Source: Macrostomum lignano (Eukaryota). Taken from it: a stretch of 64,000 nucleotides of DNA. Of this stretch, positions 39,229-53,139 are shown in pieces. The DNA is taken from positions 125,530-189,529 of the forward strand of contig NIVC01002252.1 in NCBI GenBank assembly GCA_002269645.1. The letters are read 5' to 3'. The notes under the pieces are model-generated. The model worked only from the letters and a program-made list of their open reading frames with translations. It made no database searches and was not told the origin of the DNA. Position 1 is the first letter of the stretch. Each line of letters opens with the position of its first letter. The translations under genes and the position numbers were made by a program.

Positions 39229-42200
39229 TCAACGTTTAAACTTCCTAAACAGCGGGTGCCGCTCCTGCAACCGCTTGGCGGCCGACTGTCCCGAGCGGAA
39301 CTCGGTGTACACGGTCTCGTCCGCGCCGGACAGGCTGGCCATTGTGGCCGAGCGGCGCTGGAATGCGGGCGCCGATTGGACTTTCTTCATTGCGCCGCCG
39401 CCGGACGAAGCCGTCTGGCCGGGCTCCTCCTCGTCGCGAGCGTCCGACTCGGAGGTGGCCAGCACCTGCTGGAGCAGCTGCAGCTGCGACTCCTTGGTTG
39501 ACAGGCCGAGGCCCTCCTCGGACTCCATGCCGGGCAGCCTGGTGACCACTTTGAATGCGTAGCCCTGGGCGGGAGGGAGCGGCGGTAAGGTGCTGCAAAC
39601 AAATCGTCACTAATCGATGGAGTTCCACATCAACAAATCGTCACTCGTCGATAGAATTCCCCACTCAACAAATCGTCACTCATCGATAGAATTCCCCATT
39701 GACAAATCGTCACTAATAGATGGAATTCCCCCTCAACAAACCGTCACTAATCAATGGAATTGAATTCCCCCTCAACAAATCGTCACTAATAGATGGAATT
39801 CCCCATTGACAAATCGTCACTAATAGATGGAATTCCCCCTCAACAAATCGTCACTAATAGATGGAATTCCCCCTCAACAAACCGTCACTAATCGATGGAA
39901 TTCCACATCAACAAATCGTCACTAATCGATGGAATTGAATTCCCCCTCAACAAATCGTCACTAATATATGGAATTCCCCCTCAACAAATCGTCACTAATA
40001 GATGGAATTCCCCCTCAACAAATCGTCACTAATTGATGGAATTCCCCCTCAACAAATCGTCACTAATAGATGGAATTCCCCCTCAACAAACCGTCACTAA
40101 TCGATGGAATTCCACATCAACAAATCGTCACTAATAGATAGAATTCCCCCTCAACAAATCGTCACTAATAGATAGAATTCCCCCTCAACAAATCGTCACT
40201 AATAGATGGAATTCCCCCTCAACAAATCGTCACTAATAGATGGAATTCCCCTCAACAAATCGTCACTAATAGATGGAATTCCCCCTCAACAAACCGTCAC
40301 TAATCGATGTAATTGAATTCCCCCTCAACAAATCGTCACTAATAGATAGAATTCCCTCTCAACAAATCGTCACTAATAGATAGAATTCCCCTCAACAAAT
40401 CGTCACTAATAGATGGAATTCCCCATTGACAAATCGTCACTAATAGATGGAATTCCCCTCAACAAACCGTCACTAATCGATGGAATTCCACATCAACAAA
40501 TCGTCACTAATCGATGGAATTGAATTCCCCTCAACAAATCGTCACTAATAGATGGAATTCCCCTCAACAAATCGTCACTAATAGATGGAATTCCCCCTCA
40601 ACAAATCGTCACTAATAGATGGAATTCCCCCTCAACAAACCGTCACTAATCGATGGAATTCCACATCAACAAATCGTCACTAATCGATGGAATTCCACAT
40701 CAACAAATCGTCACTAATCGATGGAATTGAATTCCCCCTCAACAAATCGTCACTAATAGATGGAATTCCCCCTCAACAAATCGTCACTAATAGATGGAAT
40801 TCCCCCTCAACAAACCGTCACTAATCGATGGAATTCCACATCAACAAATCGTCACTAATCGATGGAATTGAATTCCCCCTCAACAAATCGTCACTAATAG
40901 ATAGAATTCCCCCTCAACAAATCGTCACTAATAGATGGAATTCCCCCTCAACAAATCGTCACTAATAGATGGAATTCCCCCTCAACAAATCGTCACTAAT
41001 AGATGGAATTCCCCCTCAACAAATCGTCACTAATAGATGGAATTCCCCCTCAACAAATGTCACTAATAGATGGAATTCCCCCTCAACAAATCGTCACTAA
41101 TAGATGGAATTCCCCCTCAACAAACCGTCACTAATCGATGTAATTGAATTCCCCCTCAACAAATCGTCACTAATAGATAGAATTTCCTCTCAACAAATCG
41201 TCACTAATAGATAGAATTCCCCTCAACAGATCGTCACTAATAGATGGAATTCCCCATTGACAAATCGTCACTAATAGATGGAATTCCCCCTCAACAAACC
41301 GTCACTAATCGATGGAATTCCACATCAACAAATCGTCACTAATCGATGGAATTGAATTCCCCCTCAACAAATCGTCACTAATAGATGGAATTCCCCCTCA
41401 ACAAACCGTCACTAATCGATGGAATTCCACATCAACAAATCGTCACTAATAGATAGAATTCCCCCTCAACAAATCGTCACTAATAGATAGAATTCCCCCT
41501 CAACAAATCGTCACTAATAGATAGAATTCCCCCTCAACAAATCGTCACTAATAGATGGAATTCCCCCTCAACAAATCGTCACTAATAGATGGAATTCCCC
41601 CTCAACAAACCGTCACTAATCGATGTAATTGAATTCCCCCTCAACAAATCGTCACTAATAGATAGAATTCCCTCTCAACAAATCGTCACTAATAGATAGA
41701 ATTCCCCCTCAACAAATCGTCACTAATAGATGGAATTCCCCATTGACAAATCGTCACTAATAGATGGAATTCCCCCTCAACAAACCGTCACTAATCGATG
41801 GAATTCCACATCAACAAATCGTCACTAATCGATGGAATTGAATTCCCCCTCAACAAATCGTCACTAATAGATGGAATTCCCCCTCAACAAATCGTCACTA
41901 ATAGATGGAATTCCCCCTCAACAAATCGTCACTAATAGATGGAATTCCCCCTCAACAAACCGTCACTAATCGATGGAATTCCACATCAACAAATCGTCAC
42001 TAATCGATGGAATTCCACATCAACAAATCGTCACTAATCGATGGAATTGAATTCCCCCTCAACAAATCGTCACTAATATATGGAATTCCCCCTCAACAAA
42101 TCGTCACTAATAGATGGAATTCCCCATTGACAAATCGTCACTAATAGATGGAATTCCCCCTCAACAAACCGTCACTAATCGATGGAATTCCACATCAACA

Positions 42201-45200
42201 AATCGTCACTAATCGATGGAATTGAATCCCCCCTCAACAAATCGTCACTAATAGATAGAATTCCTTCTCAACAAATCGTCACTAATAGATAGAATTCCCC
42301 CTCAACAAATCGTCACTAATAGATGGAATTCCCCATTGACAAATCGTCACTAATAGATGGAATTCCCCCTCAACAAATCGTCACTAATAGATGGAATTCC
42401 CCCTCAACAAATCGTCACTAATAGATGGAATTCCCCCTCAACAAACCGTCACTAATCGATGGAATTGAATTCCCCCTCAACAAATCGTCACTAATAGATA
42501 GAATTCCCCCTCAACAAATCGTCACTAATAGATAGAATTCCCCCTCAACAAATCGTCACTAATAGATGGAATTCCCCATTGACAAATCGTCACTAATAGA
42601 TGGAATTCCCCCTCAACAAATCGTCACTAATAGATGGAATTCCCCCTCAACAAACCGTCACTAATAGATGGAATTCCCATCAACAAATCGTCACTAATCG
42701 ATGGAATTCCCCCTCAACAAATCGTCACTAATAGATAGAATTCCCCCTCAACAAATCGTCACTAATAGATAGAATTCCCCTCAACAAATCGTCACTAATA
42801 GATGGAATTCCCCCTCAACAAATCGTCACTAATCGAGATGGAATTCCCCTCAACAAATCGTCACTAATAGATAGAATTCCCCCTCAACAAATCGTCACTA
42901 ATAGATAGAATTCCCCCTCAACAAATCGTCACTAATAGATGGAATTCCCCATTGACAAATCGTCACTAATAGATGGAATTCCCCCTCAACAAATCGTCAC
43001 TAATAGATGGAATTCCCCCTCAACAAATCGTCACTAATAGATGGAATTCCCCCTCAACAAACCGTCACTAATCGATGGAATTCCACATCAACAAATCGTC
43101 ACTAATCGATGGAATTCCACATCAACAAATCGTCACTAATAGATGGAATTCCCCCTCAACAAATCGTCACTAATAGATGGAATTCCCCCTCAACAAATCG
43201 TCACTAATAGATGGAATTCCACATCAACAAATCGTCACTAATCGATGGAATTCCACATCAACAAATCGTCACTAATCGATGGAATTCCCCCTCAACAAAT
43301 CGTCACTAATCGATGGAATTGAATTCCCCCTCAACAAATCGTCACTAATAGATGGAATTCCCCTCAACAAATCGTCACTAATAGATGGAATTCCCCCTCA
43401 ACAAACGTCACTAATAGATGGAATTCCCATCAACAAATCGTCACTAATCGATGGAATTCCCCATTGATAAGTCGTCACTAATAGATGGAATTCCCCATTG
43501 ATAAGTCGTCACTAATAGATGAAATTCCCCATCGACAAATCGCCACTAATCGATGAAATTCCCCATCAACAAATCGTCACTAATAGATGGAATTCCAAAT
43601 ATCGGTCTGAAACGAACCTGATTAACCAGAAACCGCTGCCTCTTCTCGGCAAAGTACATCTCAGCCGTGTCCTGCGACACCAAGCTATAATAGTACGCGT
43701 TGTACTCGTCGCCCGGCCCGGTGCCGCGCTTGGCCCGAAGAATCCGGCCAAGACGCTGGGCCTCCTGGCGCCGGGAGCCGCCGTGACTGGTGATCTGGAT
43801 CAGCACGTTGGCCTCAGGCAAATCGAAGCTATTATCCGCCACCTTGGATACGAAAATCGTATTCACTTGGGGATTGTTTTGAAAGTTTTTCAACACGTAC
43901 ATTCTCTCAGTTTGAGAAGTCGGCCCGTACAAATACGGCTTATTCAAAGCGTTGGCGTAGTACTTCAGAGCGAACACGTTGTCAGAGAATACGATGATTT
44001 TATCTTCGCGTCTAGCGTGATAGTTAATTAGAAACTGACAGACGCGAAACTTATTGGGATTCATCTGATACAACAGTGTACGCCTAGCCCAGGATTTCTG
44101 GCTGCAATATTCCCGATAAAACTCCGGCGTCATTGGGCACCAGACCTCGGCGCATTGAACCCTGGCAATGTAGCCACCGCGCTGCAACTCTAACCAATTA
44201 GCCTCGTACAGCTTCGGTCCAATTAGAAAGTTCAAATCCGCGATTTTGTCATCCTCGCGTACCAGAGTGGCCGTCAGGCCCAGCTTGCAGTGCGAGCGTA
44301 CGATAGTTAGCACCCGCCGGAACATCTTGGCCGGGATTGTGTGCACCTCGTCTAGCACCATTAGGCCCCATTCTTGGTCGCGAAGCCAGGACATAACCTA
44401 TGGGTGGTAAGGAGATTGTAAGAATTGAATATATTCTAATTATAATGCCAATAGTTGTAAAGCCTGTTACTAGTGCATAGTGCAATATACCGGAAATGAG
44501 ATAGAACAGTGGCTTTTTAAACAATTGATATTGGGAATAATTAAATAACCGGAAGTGGATTATTCGCAGTTGGTTAAAGGAACTGGAAATGAGTTAGAAG
44601 CAGTTTACTAACCGGAAGTGAAGATATTAGCAGTTTATTAACCGGAAGAGAAAATATAAGCAGTTTACTAACCGGAACTGGAGAAATTAGCAGTTTATGA
44701 AACGGAAGTGGATTATTATCTTTTTATTGACCGAAAGTGGATTATTAGCAGGTTATTGACCGGAAGTGGGTTAGTAGCTATTTATAAACCGGAAGTAGAT
44801 TATTAGCTGTTTATTAACCGGAAGTGGGTTAGTAGCTATTTATTAACCGGAAGTAGATTATTAGCTGTTTATTAACCGAAAGTAGATTATTAGCTGTTTA
44901 TTAACCGGAAGTAGATTATTAGCTGTTTATTAACCGAAAGTAGATTATTAGCTGTTTATTAACCGGAAGTAGATTATTAGCTGTTTATTAACCGGAAGTG
45001 GATTATTAGCTGTTTATTAACCGAAAGTAGATTATTAGCTGTTTATTAACCGGAAGTGGGTTAGTAGCTATTTATAAACCGGAAGTAGATTATTAGCTGT
45101 TTATTAACCGGAAGTGGGTTAGTAGCTATTTATTAACTGGAAGTAGATTATTAGCTGTTTATTAACCGGAAGTAGATTATTAGCTGTTTATTAACCGGAA

Positions 45201-47824
45201 GTGGGTTAGTAGCTATTTATTAACCGGAAGTAGATTATTAGCTGTTTATTAACCGGAAGTGGGTTAGTAGCTATTTATTAACCGGAAGTGGGTTAGTAGC
45301 TATTTAACCGGAAGTGGGTTAGAAGCTATTTATTAACCGGAAGTGGGTTAGTAGCTATTTATTAACCGGAAGTAGGTTAGTAACTATTTATAACCCGGAA
45401 GTGGATTATTAGCTGTTTATTAACCGGAAGTGGGTCCTCAAGTGGGTTACTGGTGGCTTGATGAACTGCAAGCTCATTATCCTCACCTGTTCAGCCTCAA
45501 AGGATCGCTTACTGCTGTGAGCAATCATAGAATAAGTGGATATGCAAATCCCTGCGCTACCCGGTCGCTCTTTAGACTCGCTGGTGAATCGACATATCTG
45601 AGAATCTTCGATAGTCGACCAGAGCCGGAACTGGCTGCGCCATTGTTCAACGGCTACGCCGGAAGTGCACAGCACCAGGCATCGCTTACGCACAGTGCAA
45701 GCGGCCGTAACGCCTACTAAAGTTTTACCAGCTCCGCATGGCAGCACAATGACACCGCTGCGAGCTCTGCCATTGCCGAACATCTTATGCAACGATCTCT
45801 CCTGATACGGCCGCAGTGTAGTTAGCGGCTTCAAATCTATAGACAGATTCGGATTCTTCGTATCCTGACGGAAGTCGTACTCGGCCATCAGAGGATAATC
45901 CAGTTCAGTGCAGCGCTTCTGCAGCACTTCAATCATGCTCTGTTGCACTTCTAGAGATACTCGGCTGGCCGATGCGGCCAAGTCCTCCGCGGTGGCGTCC
46001 TCTCGGTCCAGCCGATCGTATAGGTCAAGGATGTCGCTGGGAGTGTCGGTTGTCGATGCGGCGGCGGCGGCGGCTGAGTCAGCCTGCTGTTCAGCCGCTG
46101 AGGCTGGCACAGTGCGGCCCTGTCAATCCCATTTTCATGGATATTTATTTTATTTAGGCTCTCAGTAACAAGCAATGGATAATAGCGCAATAATATTTTG
46201 TATTCATATTGCTCAAGTGTCGACTCAAGGCAAATAGGATTTTGATAAATAATTTTTGTGCCTTGCTTATTGGGCGCCCCGAAGGGGGTGTCTTCTAAAT
46301 TTCTAATTTTAATCTCATTTCATCATAACTTTATTAGCCTTTCTCTTCACAATCTATTCTCATACAGATAATCTCAATATTTTCCTACTCTAGATCACAC
46401 TAATACGAGCTAAATAAACGATAATAAAAATCCCCGATGAAAACGGCACCTAGGCCAAGAAGCATCCCAGATTCACTTGCGTCATCCTAGAGTCGTGTTG
46501 CAGGTAACGCAGGTAAAACAGGAAAGAAGTGACTACACCAGGGGTCGGCACTTTTTTATCTGAAGAAAGAGGAACAGGAGGGAAGAGGAGACGAGAGGAG
46601 AGAATGGAGACGAGACAGCTGAAAAGAGACAAAAACCTTGAGCGGGCCGGATTGCTATTGTGAAGTTTCAAAGAACCCGAGAGCCGGATAGAGAGGCTTT
46701 GCGGGCTGGGCTGCATGTGGCCCGCGAGCCGGAACTTGCCGACACCTGGACTAAACGGACGACCCTAAAACGACGAGATGTCACGGTACAAGTCGCCAAA
46801 AACGTCGTCAAAGAGTCAATTCGAGGCGGATTGGCTGCAACTCTGAAACGACTCTAAGGCAACGCAAGTGACTCTGGGTGTAGCGTGTAGAGTTGTATCT
46901 AAGACGTGCTAGAGTAGAGTTCAGTCTACTTGAGTTGGTTGGTAGACTTTTTCGAGACTCTTTTTCATGATTTTACAACACACGCGATGCGCGAGTGACT
47001 CAACAGTCATCCCAGAGTCGCTAGAGTCACGGTAACGTTTTCATCGGGATTCCTAACCTTGAAAAAAAAACCTACAGCGCACGCAGTCTCACCTGTGCAG
47101 CTGCCACAGCCGCCTCCAGCATTGACTGAGACTGACTAGGGTTGAGCAGGCACTCCATGACCACAGGATCCAATAGTACAGTTTTCACAACTGTCAAATG
47201 TTGGCTTTCAATAAAATAGCGGCCATCTTTTAGCACTAATTTAAGCTTAGCGTAGCTTTGCGTACAAATCCTAATGAACTGCTCAATGCCGGGATCTAAA
47301 GAGGTTTTGCACAGCCGTCGCAAGTATTCAATAATATTGTCAGTTTCTAAACCGACACTAACAGCAGCGTACAGACTGTAAGAAGTCAGTCGATACTCGT
47401 GAATCAGCTCTGGCCTACTGACTGGCTCTGAGATTGCTATTAGAAAATCGTGCGCCTGCTTGTAGACCGGACTGAATGCTTCTAGGAAAATATGCCCATC
47501 AGGCGCTACCCACAATGGCCTGGACTCGTGATCGGTTTTCAATGTCAACGATTTACTGTAGTCTTTAGCGCCATATTCGTCCATTTCGACGGCGCCAGCC
47601 TCGGCGCCTGGCGCGCCTTTAGCAGCCGCGGCGGGCACAGCGGCCTCGGTGGCGGCATCTGTCGCCGCGTCGTCTTCAAAATCCGACGCTTGATAATCCA
47701 CATCGGAATCGTCTTTGGCTGCGGGTTTTTCTATCCGGACTTTCTTAGACGGTCGGCCAGAACTCGAAGACTCTTTATTGGCGCCGCTAGATTTTCCGGC
47801 TTTCTTACGCTTGTCACCGCCCAT
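39229..47824 (-). CDS. ERCC3: TFIIH helicase/translocase subunit XPB, 4 exons, ~826 aa
   Basis: Exons 47093-47824, 45487-46119, 43618-44397, 39229-39564 (2481 nt, all phase 0, GT-AG). Motifs: [34 protein letters not shown], Walker [20 protein letters not shown] (RED loop), [29 protein letters not shown]. Confidence 0.97.
39595..43595. repeat. ~34-bp minisatellite CAACAAATCGTCACTAATAGATGGAATTCCCCCT filling ERCC3 intron 3
   Basis: About 4 kb, ~115 units, most with GAATTC; recurring variant blocks. Confidence 0.97.
44540..45430. repeat. 29-bp minisatellite CCGGAAGTAGATTATTAGCTGTTTATTAA in ERCC3 intron 2
   Basis: About 30 units, most with ACCGGAAGT. Confidence 0.93.
46539..46748. mobile_element. 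hAT (Charlie-type) MITE, 210 bp, in ERCC3 intron 1
   Basis: TIRs CAGGGGTCGGCA and TGCCGACACCTG match at 11/12. The 8-bp TSD is GACTACAC / GACTAAAC (7/8). Subterminal GCGGGCCGGATT and GGCCCGCGAGCCG motifs are typical of hAT-Charlie ends. Confidence 0.85.
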
Positions 47825-47924
47825 TTTTACTGTGCGAGTGGCGTTGAAACAATTTGCTGCAAAATAAAATATTTGAAAAATTACGACTCTTAGAGTAAAA
47901 ACCAAAGCCTCTGGCGCCGTAATC

Positions 47925-48825
47925 ACTCTCTTTTAGCACCCCAAGAACTATCTTTGGCACCCCAGGCACTCTCTTTAGCACTCCAAGCACTCTCTTTAGC
48001 ATCCCAAGCACTCTCTTTAGCACCCCAGGCACTCTCTTTAGCATCCCAAGCACTCTCTTTAGTACCCCAGGCACTCTCTTTAGCACTCCAAGTACTCTCT
48101 TTAGCACCCTAGGCACTCTCTTTAGCACTCCAAGCACTCTCTTTAGCACCCCAGGCACTCTCTTTAGCACTCCAAGTACTCTCTTTAGCACCCCAGGCAC
48201 TCTCTTTAGCACTCCAAGCACTCTCTTTAGCATCCCAAGCACTCTCTTTAGCACCCCAGGCACTCTCTTTAGCACTCCAAGCACTCTCTTTAGCACCCCA
48301 GGCACTCTCTTTAGCACTCCAAGCACTCTCTTTAGCACCCCAAGCACTCTCTTTAGCACCCGAAGCACTCTCTTTAGCGTCCCAAGCACTCTCTTTAGCA
48401 CTCCAAGCACTCTCTTTAGCACCCCAAGCACTCTCTTTAGCACCCAAAGCACACTCTTTAGCACCCGAAGCACACTCTTTAGCACCCGAAGCACTCTTTT
48501 TAGCGTCCCAAGCACTCTCTTTAGCACCCAAAGCACACTCTTTAGCACCCGAAGCACTCTTTTTAGCGTCCCAAGCACTCTCTTTAGCACCCAAAGCACT
48601 CTCTTTAGCGTCCCAAGCACTCTCTTTAGCACCCAAAGCACACTTTTTAGCACCCGAAGCATTCTTTTTAGCGTCTCAAGCACTCTCTTTAGCACCCAAA
48701 GCACACTCTTTAGCACCCGAAGCACTCTCTTTAGCATCCCAAGCACTCTCTTTAGCACCCAAAGCACACTCTTTAGCACCCAAAGCACTCTCTTTAGCAC
48801 CCAAAGCACACTCTTTGGCACTCCC
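47925..48825. repeat. 21-bp minisatellite CCAAGCACTCTCTTTAGCACC upstream of the ERCC3 ATG
   Basis: About 42 units; source of the VLKRVLG ORF. Confidence 0.95.
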
Positions 48826-49473
48826 TTAGGCGCCTACTAAATTTTAATGCCATAGATTTGAATATTAACAGTAAAAATATCTTTGTATTCAATATAATAA
48901 TACAAATTCATCTAAATAGTACCACTTAGATACCTTGAAACATTGATAAAAGTTCAACACTTTAAAATTGGAATTTAAAAAAAATTAATTTATCTATATT
49001 ACGAGTATCATAAAAAATGGGAATCTATACAGATAGCATGGCATCCTATATCAATAAAGAAATCAATTGGCATATCTACAATCTTAAATATTTTAAATCT
49101 TCAAATTGAGAAAGCATCAAATTTAAATTGTAAAAAGCTTACTCTGATTACTTTTTATGATTATGCTAACAAGAAAACTGAAAAAGTTAAGCTAACTATA
49201 AAAATATATTCTTATAATCCTATATAGCTATATGCTCTATATTTAAGACTAAACTTTGTCTATAAACTTGTATATTTGACAAAGTATCTACACATTTTAA
49301 ATTTACTCTAATGAGATATTTAATTTTTAGTATTAAGCTATATATTGGATATAAGCCATAGCCAAGATATTGTCTTACATATACTCAAAAACATAAACTG
49401 ATTAAATATAAATATTATGATATATAGAGCCTATGTTTATCTTATATATAGGCACTAGACCAAGGCAATTGAT

Positions 49474-49573
49474 CTCGTGAATCAGCTCTGGCCTACTGAC
49501 TGGCTCTGAGATTGCTATTAGAAAATTGTGTGCCTGGTTGTAGACTGGACTAGATGCTTCTAAGAAAATATGC
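49474..49573 (-). pseudogene. 100-bp degenerate copy of ERCC3 exon 1 sequence (47396-47495)
   Basis: Same orientation, 93/100 identical by manual alignment, no indels. Confidence 0.92.
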
Positions 49574-52500
49574 AGGCACTAGATCTCATATATACTTAAA
49601 TAATTGATATTATATATGATTATATATCTGATAATCAAACAAAATTTTGCATTATTAACATTATATATTAGTTGAAAGTTTGAAACTAAGAAAGACTAAT
49701 CAAAATTTTATGTTTTATATTGGCCGAGTTGGCCAATCTGGCTGACCAATTTGGTGGCCAACCAAGGTAAGTTGCTATAATGCCCACCTGAATAAATATC
49801 TAAGTAGTACTACTAAGTAGATAACAAGGCATTTTGCCTTAATAAGATAGTCACAGTTAATCTTGCCATTTATCCAAAGTTGCATTAATTTTGCTTTAGG
49901 GTTTCCTTTACATTTAAGTTGCATTTTTGGCTAAAAAATATATTGCATTTTTTGTTAAAACTAAGTCACACAGCCAACCAAATTTTGGAGCTTGCGCATG
50001 TATCATGAATGTGCATAGCATGAATTTATTCACCAAAATTTGTACGCCAAAAAAGTATGCATGGCTGTGTTACTTGTATACGCCAATAGTGTACGCCAAC
50101 AAAGTGCACCAGGCGTTGTGTACGCCGATTGTGTATGCCAAGGACTTAGGCTTAGGGTGGCCATTTTGTATGCCGGAAAAGTTTTGGCATACATGCATAC
50201 CATCCGCAACCTGGCATGTATTATTGTTATGACTTTTTTCATTAGATATTCTATCACATAGTTTTGTTAGATATTCTATTAGTCATTGGATAATGTGTAG
50301 GCTATCAATTATAATAATTTCTATGATAAACTGATCAATACTTAAATTTTCCAATAGAATAAGTAATGGACTTACTAATGCCAATGGAATTACTGATAGA
50401 AGACCATTGAAATGATGGGAGACCATGGAATTACATATGGAATACTGCTCTCTATAGGCCCCTTACTAATCAATGCTTAAAATATTATCTAACATAATTA
50501 TTATAGGCCTTAAACTAGGGCCTAGACTTATATACCAACTTGCAATCACTAGGGCCTAACCTAAAATCTATTAATTTATGCTAGAAATTTCTGGCATGAT
50601 CTCCAATCAATGAGGAATCCTTACTCTTTTTTGCTAAGCCTAAGCCAAGGGCCAAGGCTAGAGGCAAATACACCTAGTCATACCAAAATTATTTGGCAAG
50701 AAAGAAAACTTTACTATTTTTTAGCTAACTACTAAAGTTTAATAGAATAAATGAAATCATACATGAATAACTGGTAGACATGAATAAAGTAGGCCTAATA
50801 TTCAATAATCACAATTAGACAGACTCAAACACCATTTAGCTTTAATTAGCACTAGGCTTTAGCCGCTAAGCCGCTTTATTTATTGGCTGCTTTTGTTAGG
50901 GACTAGGGTTAGGGCCTAGGCCTATGCTATGGCATGACATGAGCATGACTATATGTCACCGACACCGTCAAGACAAGATAATAGTAATAACTAACTAAAC
51001 TACCGCTACGTAGGTTCTTTTTTAGAATCTTCAATTCGATTTTATGTTCGTCTGTCCGTCTGTCCGAACCTGCCTGCAGACCACGCATTAAAATTTCAAC
51101 TTGATCAAAGATAGCTCATCATATGAAATCAAAATATAAATTTATCAGGTTGAAAATCTTTTCGTACACTATCTAACAAATTGTAGAAAAATCCATTCAA
51201 TCTTTATCGGTTCATCCTGCATTTTTACTTATGTTGATGCTACGTGTATTTTATTTTTTACTGCTTGATTTTAACACAGAATCAATTGGGGTTTCTAGCA
51301 TTTACTAAATCGCACCAATTAAATCACGATCAAGGAAGACTCAAGTTTCTAGCCTTCGTTGCGATTGCAAGTGCAATAAGCAATCACCACAAGAAATAAA
51401 ATTATCAAATACAAAACCACACAACTTATAGGCCTAACTCATCCTTACTTATGTCCTACCAAAGTTATTTATGCTAGCCATGTGCAAGAAGCTGTGAATG
51501 GCGACTGCAGTGGGTCACGTACGTGCCACATTGAGTTTTTAAACATACATGTATGTAAATGTATGTGTAAGCTGCAAGCTGCTGTTTGTATATATATATA
51601 GCTCATACACGGTATCCAGTTGCACGAGCACATTTATAAATTTTCTACGCCTAAATTTACCCACTGTATGCGCTTACATGTAGACCAGATTTCTCAAACA
51701 TGTATGGCGCGAAACCCCAATGTACCACATGCATGCGTTCTCTAGAATATGCAATGTGATATGAAAAATGTAGCTTAAATACCTTAACTCTAGCGCATTT
51801 CCAAGAAAATCAAGGTGTAACTGATTGCCTATTTTTTACTTCAGTGTTCAAAATGATCGACCCGACGTGTGTGATGGAGATGGCTAGAATGCGAATTGGC
51901 ATTTTTTAATTTACGCTGACATGACGTACTGTGTAGAGGAACGTGTACCACATATACATATGAACATGCGCACGGGACGGCACGAGCATTAAATGTTGTA
52001 ACTTGAACTGATACGAGTATTCTGCACATATCAGAGACAGGACACACCTTGGCAATTAAATGTATTTTAACAATGAGCTATAATTAAGTCGAACAGAACA
52101 GCAAACAGGAATAAGTTAAAAATGCTTTTTGTGATATACGAGCGTAACAATTTTGTGACTCACTCCGGACGCGTTTAATTTTGACAGAACACTGCTGAAT
52201 ATGTACATGTATTTCATTTACGGTAGCCCAAACTGCGAGCGCTATATATACTTACATGTAATTATATCTGGTTTCTCGAACAGATTACGAGTAGATAAGC
52301 AATATTCAGTTCCGATATTGTTTGTATGTCTGTCTGCCTGCCTGTCTGCCTGCCTGTCTGTCCGTCTTGCCGGCCATGCGTATATGACAACAATTATTAA
52401 GGCAAGCTATAAAATTGATTATTAATAGATTTTAAACTTATGAATCGTGGCAATTATTAAATAAATATGCGAACTAACTGTTTCAGTTTATATTTATAGG

Positions 52501-53139
52501 ACATAGCTTCGCGTTTAAAAGCTTGAAGTTTATGCAAATATATCAACTTGTTAAATATTAAAACAGCTATATGCAACAAAAATTTACTAAACATAAATAG
52601 TAAAAGTATTTATAGATGATGCAGATTGCAAGTTTAACAAATTGTATTATTAATTATGCCAAAGAACTAGTAAGCTATGGTCTATTAATAGTTATTATGT
52701 TCATTGCGCATATATGCAGTATGTATACGTAAATACACGTATATGCAAATTAACAGATTACAGCGAATCTCTTTATATAGCGATTTCAGTGGCGAGCTAC
52801 GAGGAGAAGCAGCGACAGTGCAGAAAAAGCATTCAGATCATCAGATTTACAGAGCTCTCAGCACTTGCAGTTGGAGAAAGGCAAAATTAATGAAACACAA
52901 TAGAATTAGTAAATAGTAGGTAAATTGCAGTAACAGGTAAATTAGACAGCGGGCACGGCAAAGCGAAATTATGCATTTTTTATGGGCTGCAGGTACTACA
53001 GAAACTAAATTAAAATTAATAAACTTGAGTGCTAAGCCAATGAAACCCAATACAGCTAGCTTGTATAATTTACTACTGTAAGTAGCTTAACGACCAAAAT
53101 TACTAAGGCAAATTTAAAGAATTGTGCGACTTGGAACAG

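Noticed and set aside
43519-47893. + strand ORFs 43519..44031, 45430..45720 and 47492..47893
   Set aside because: Antisense shadows of ERCC3 exons.
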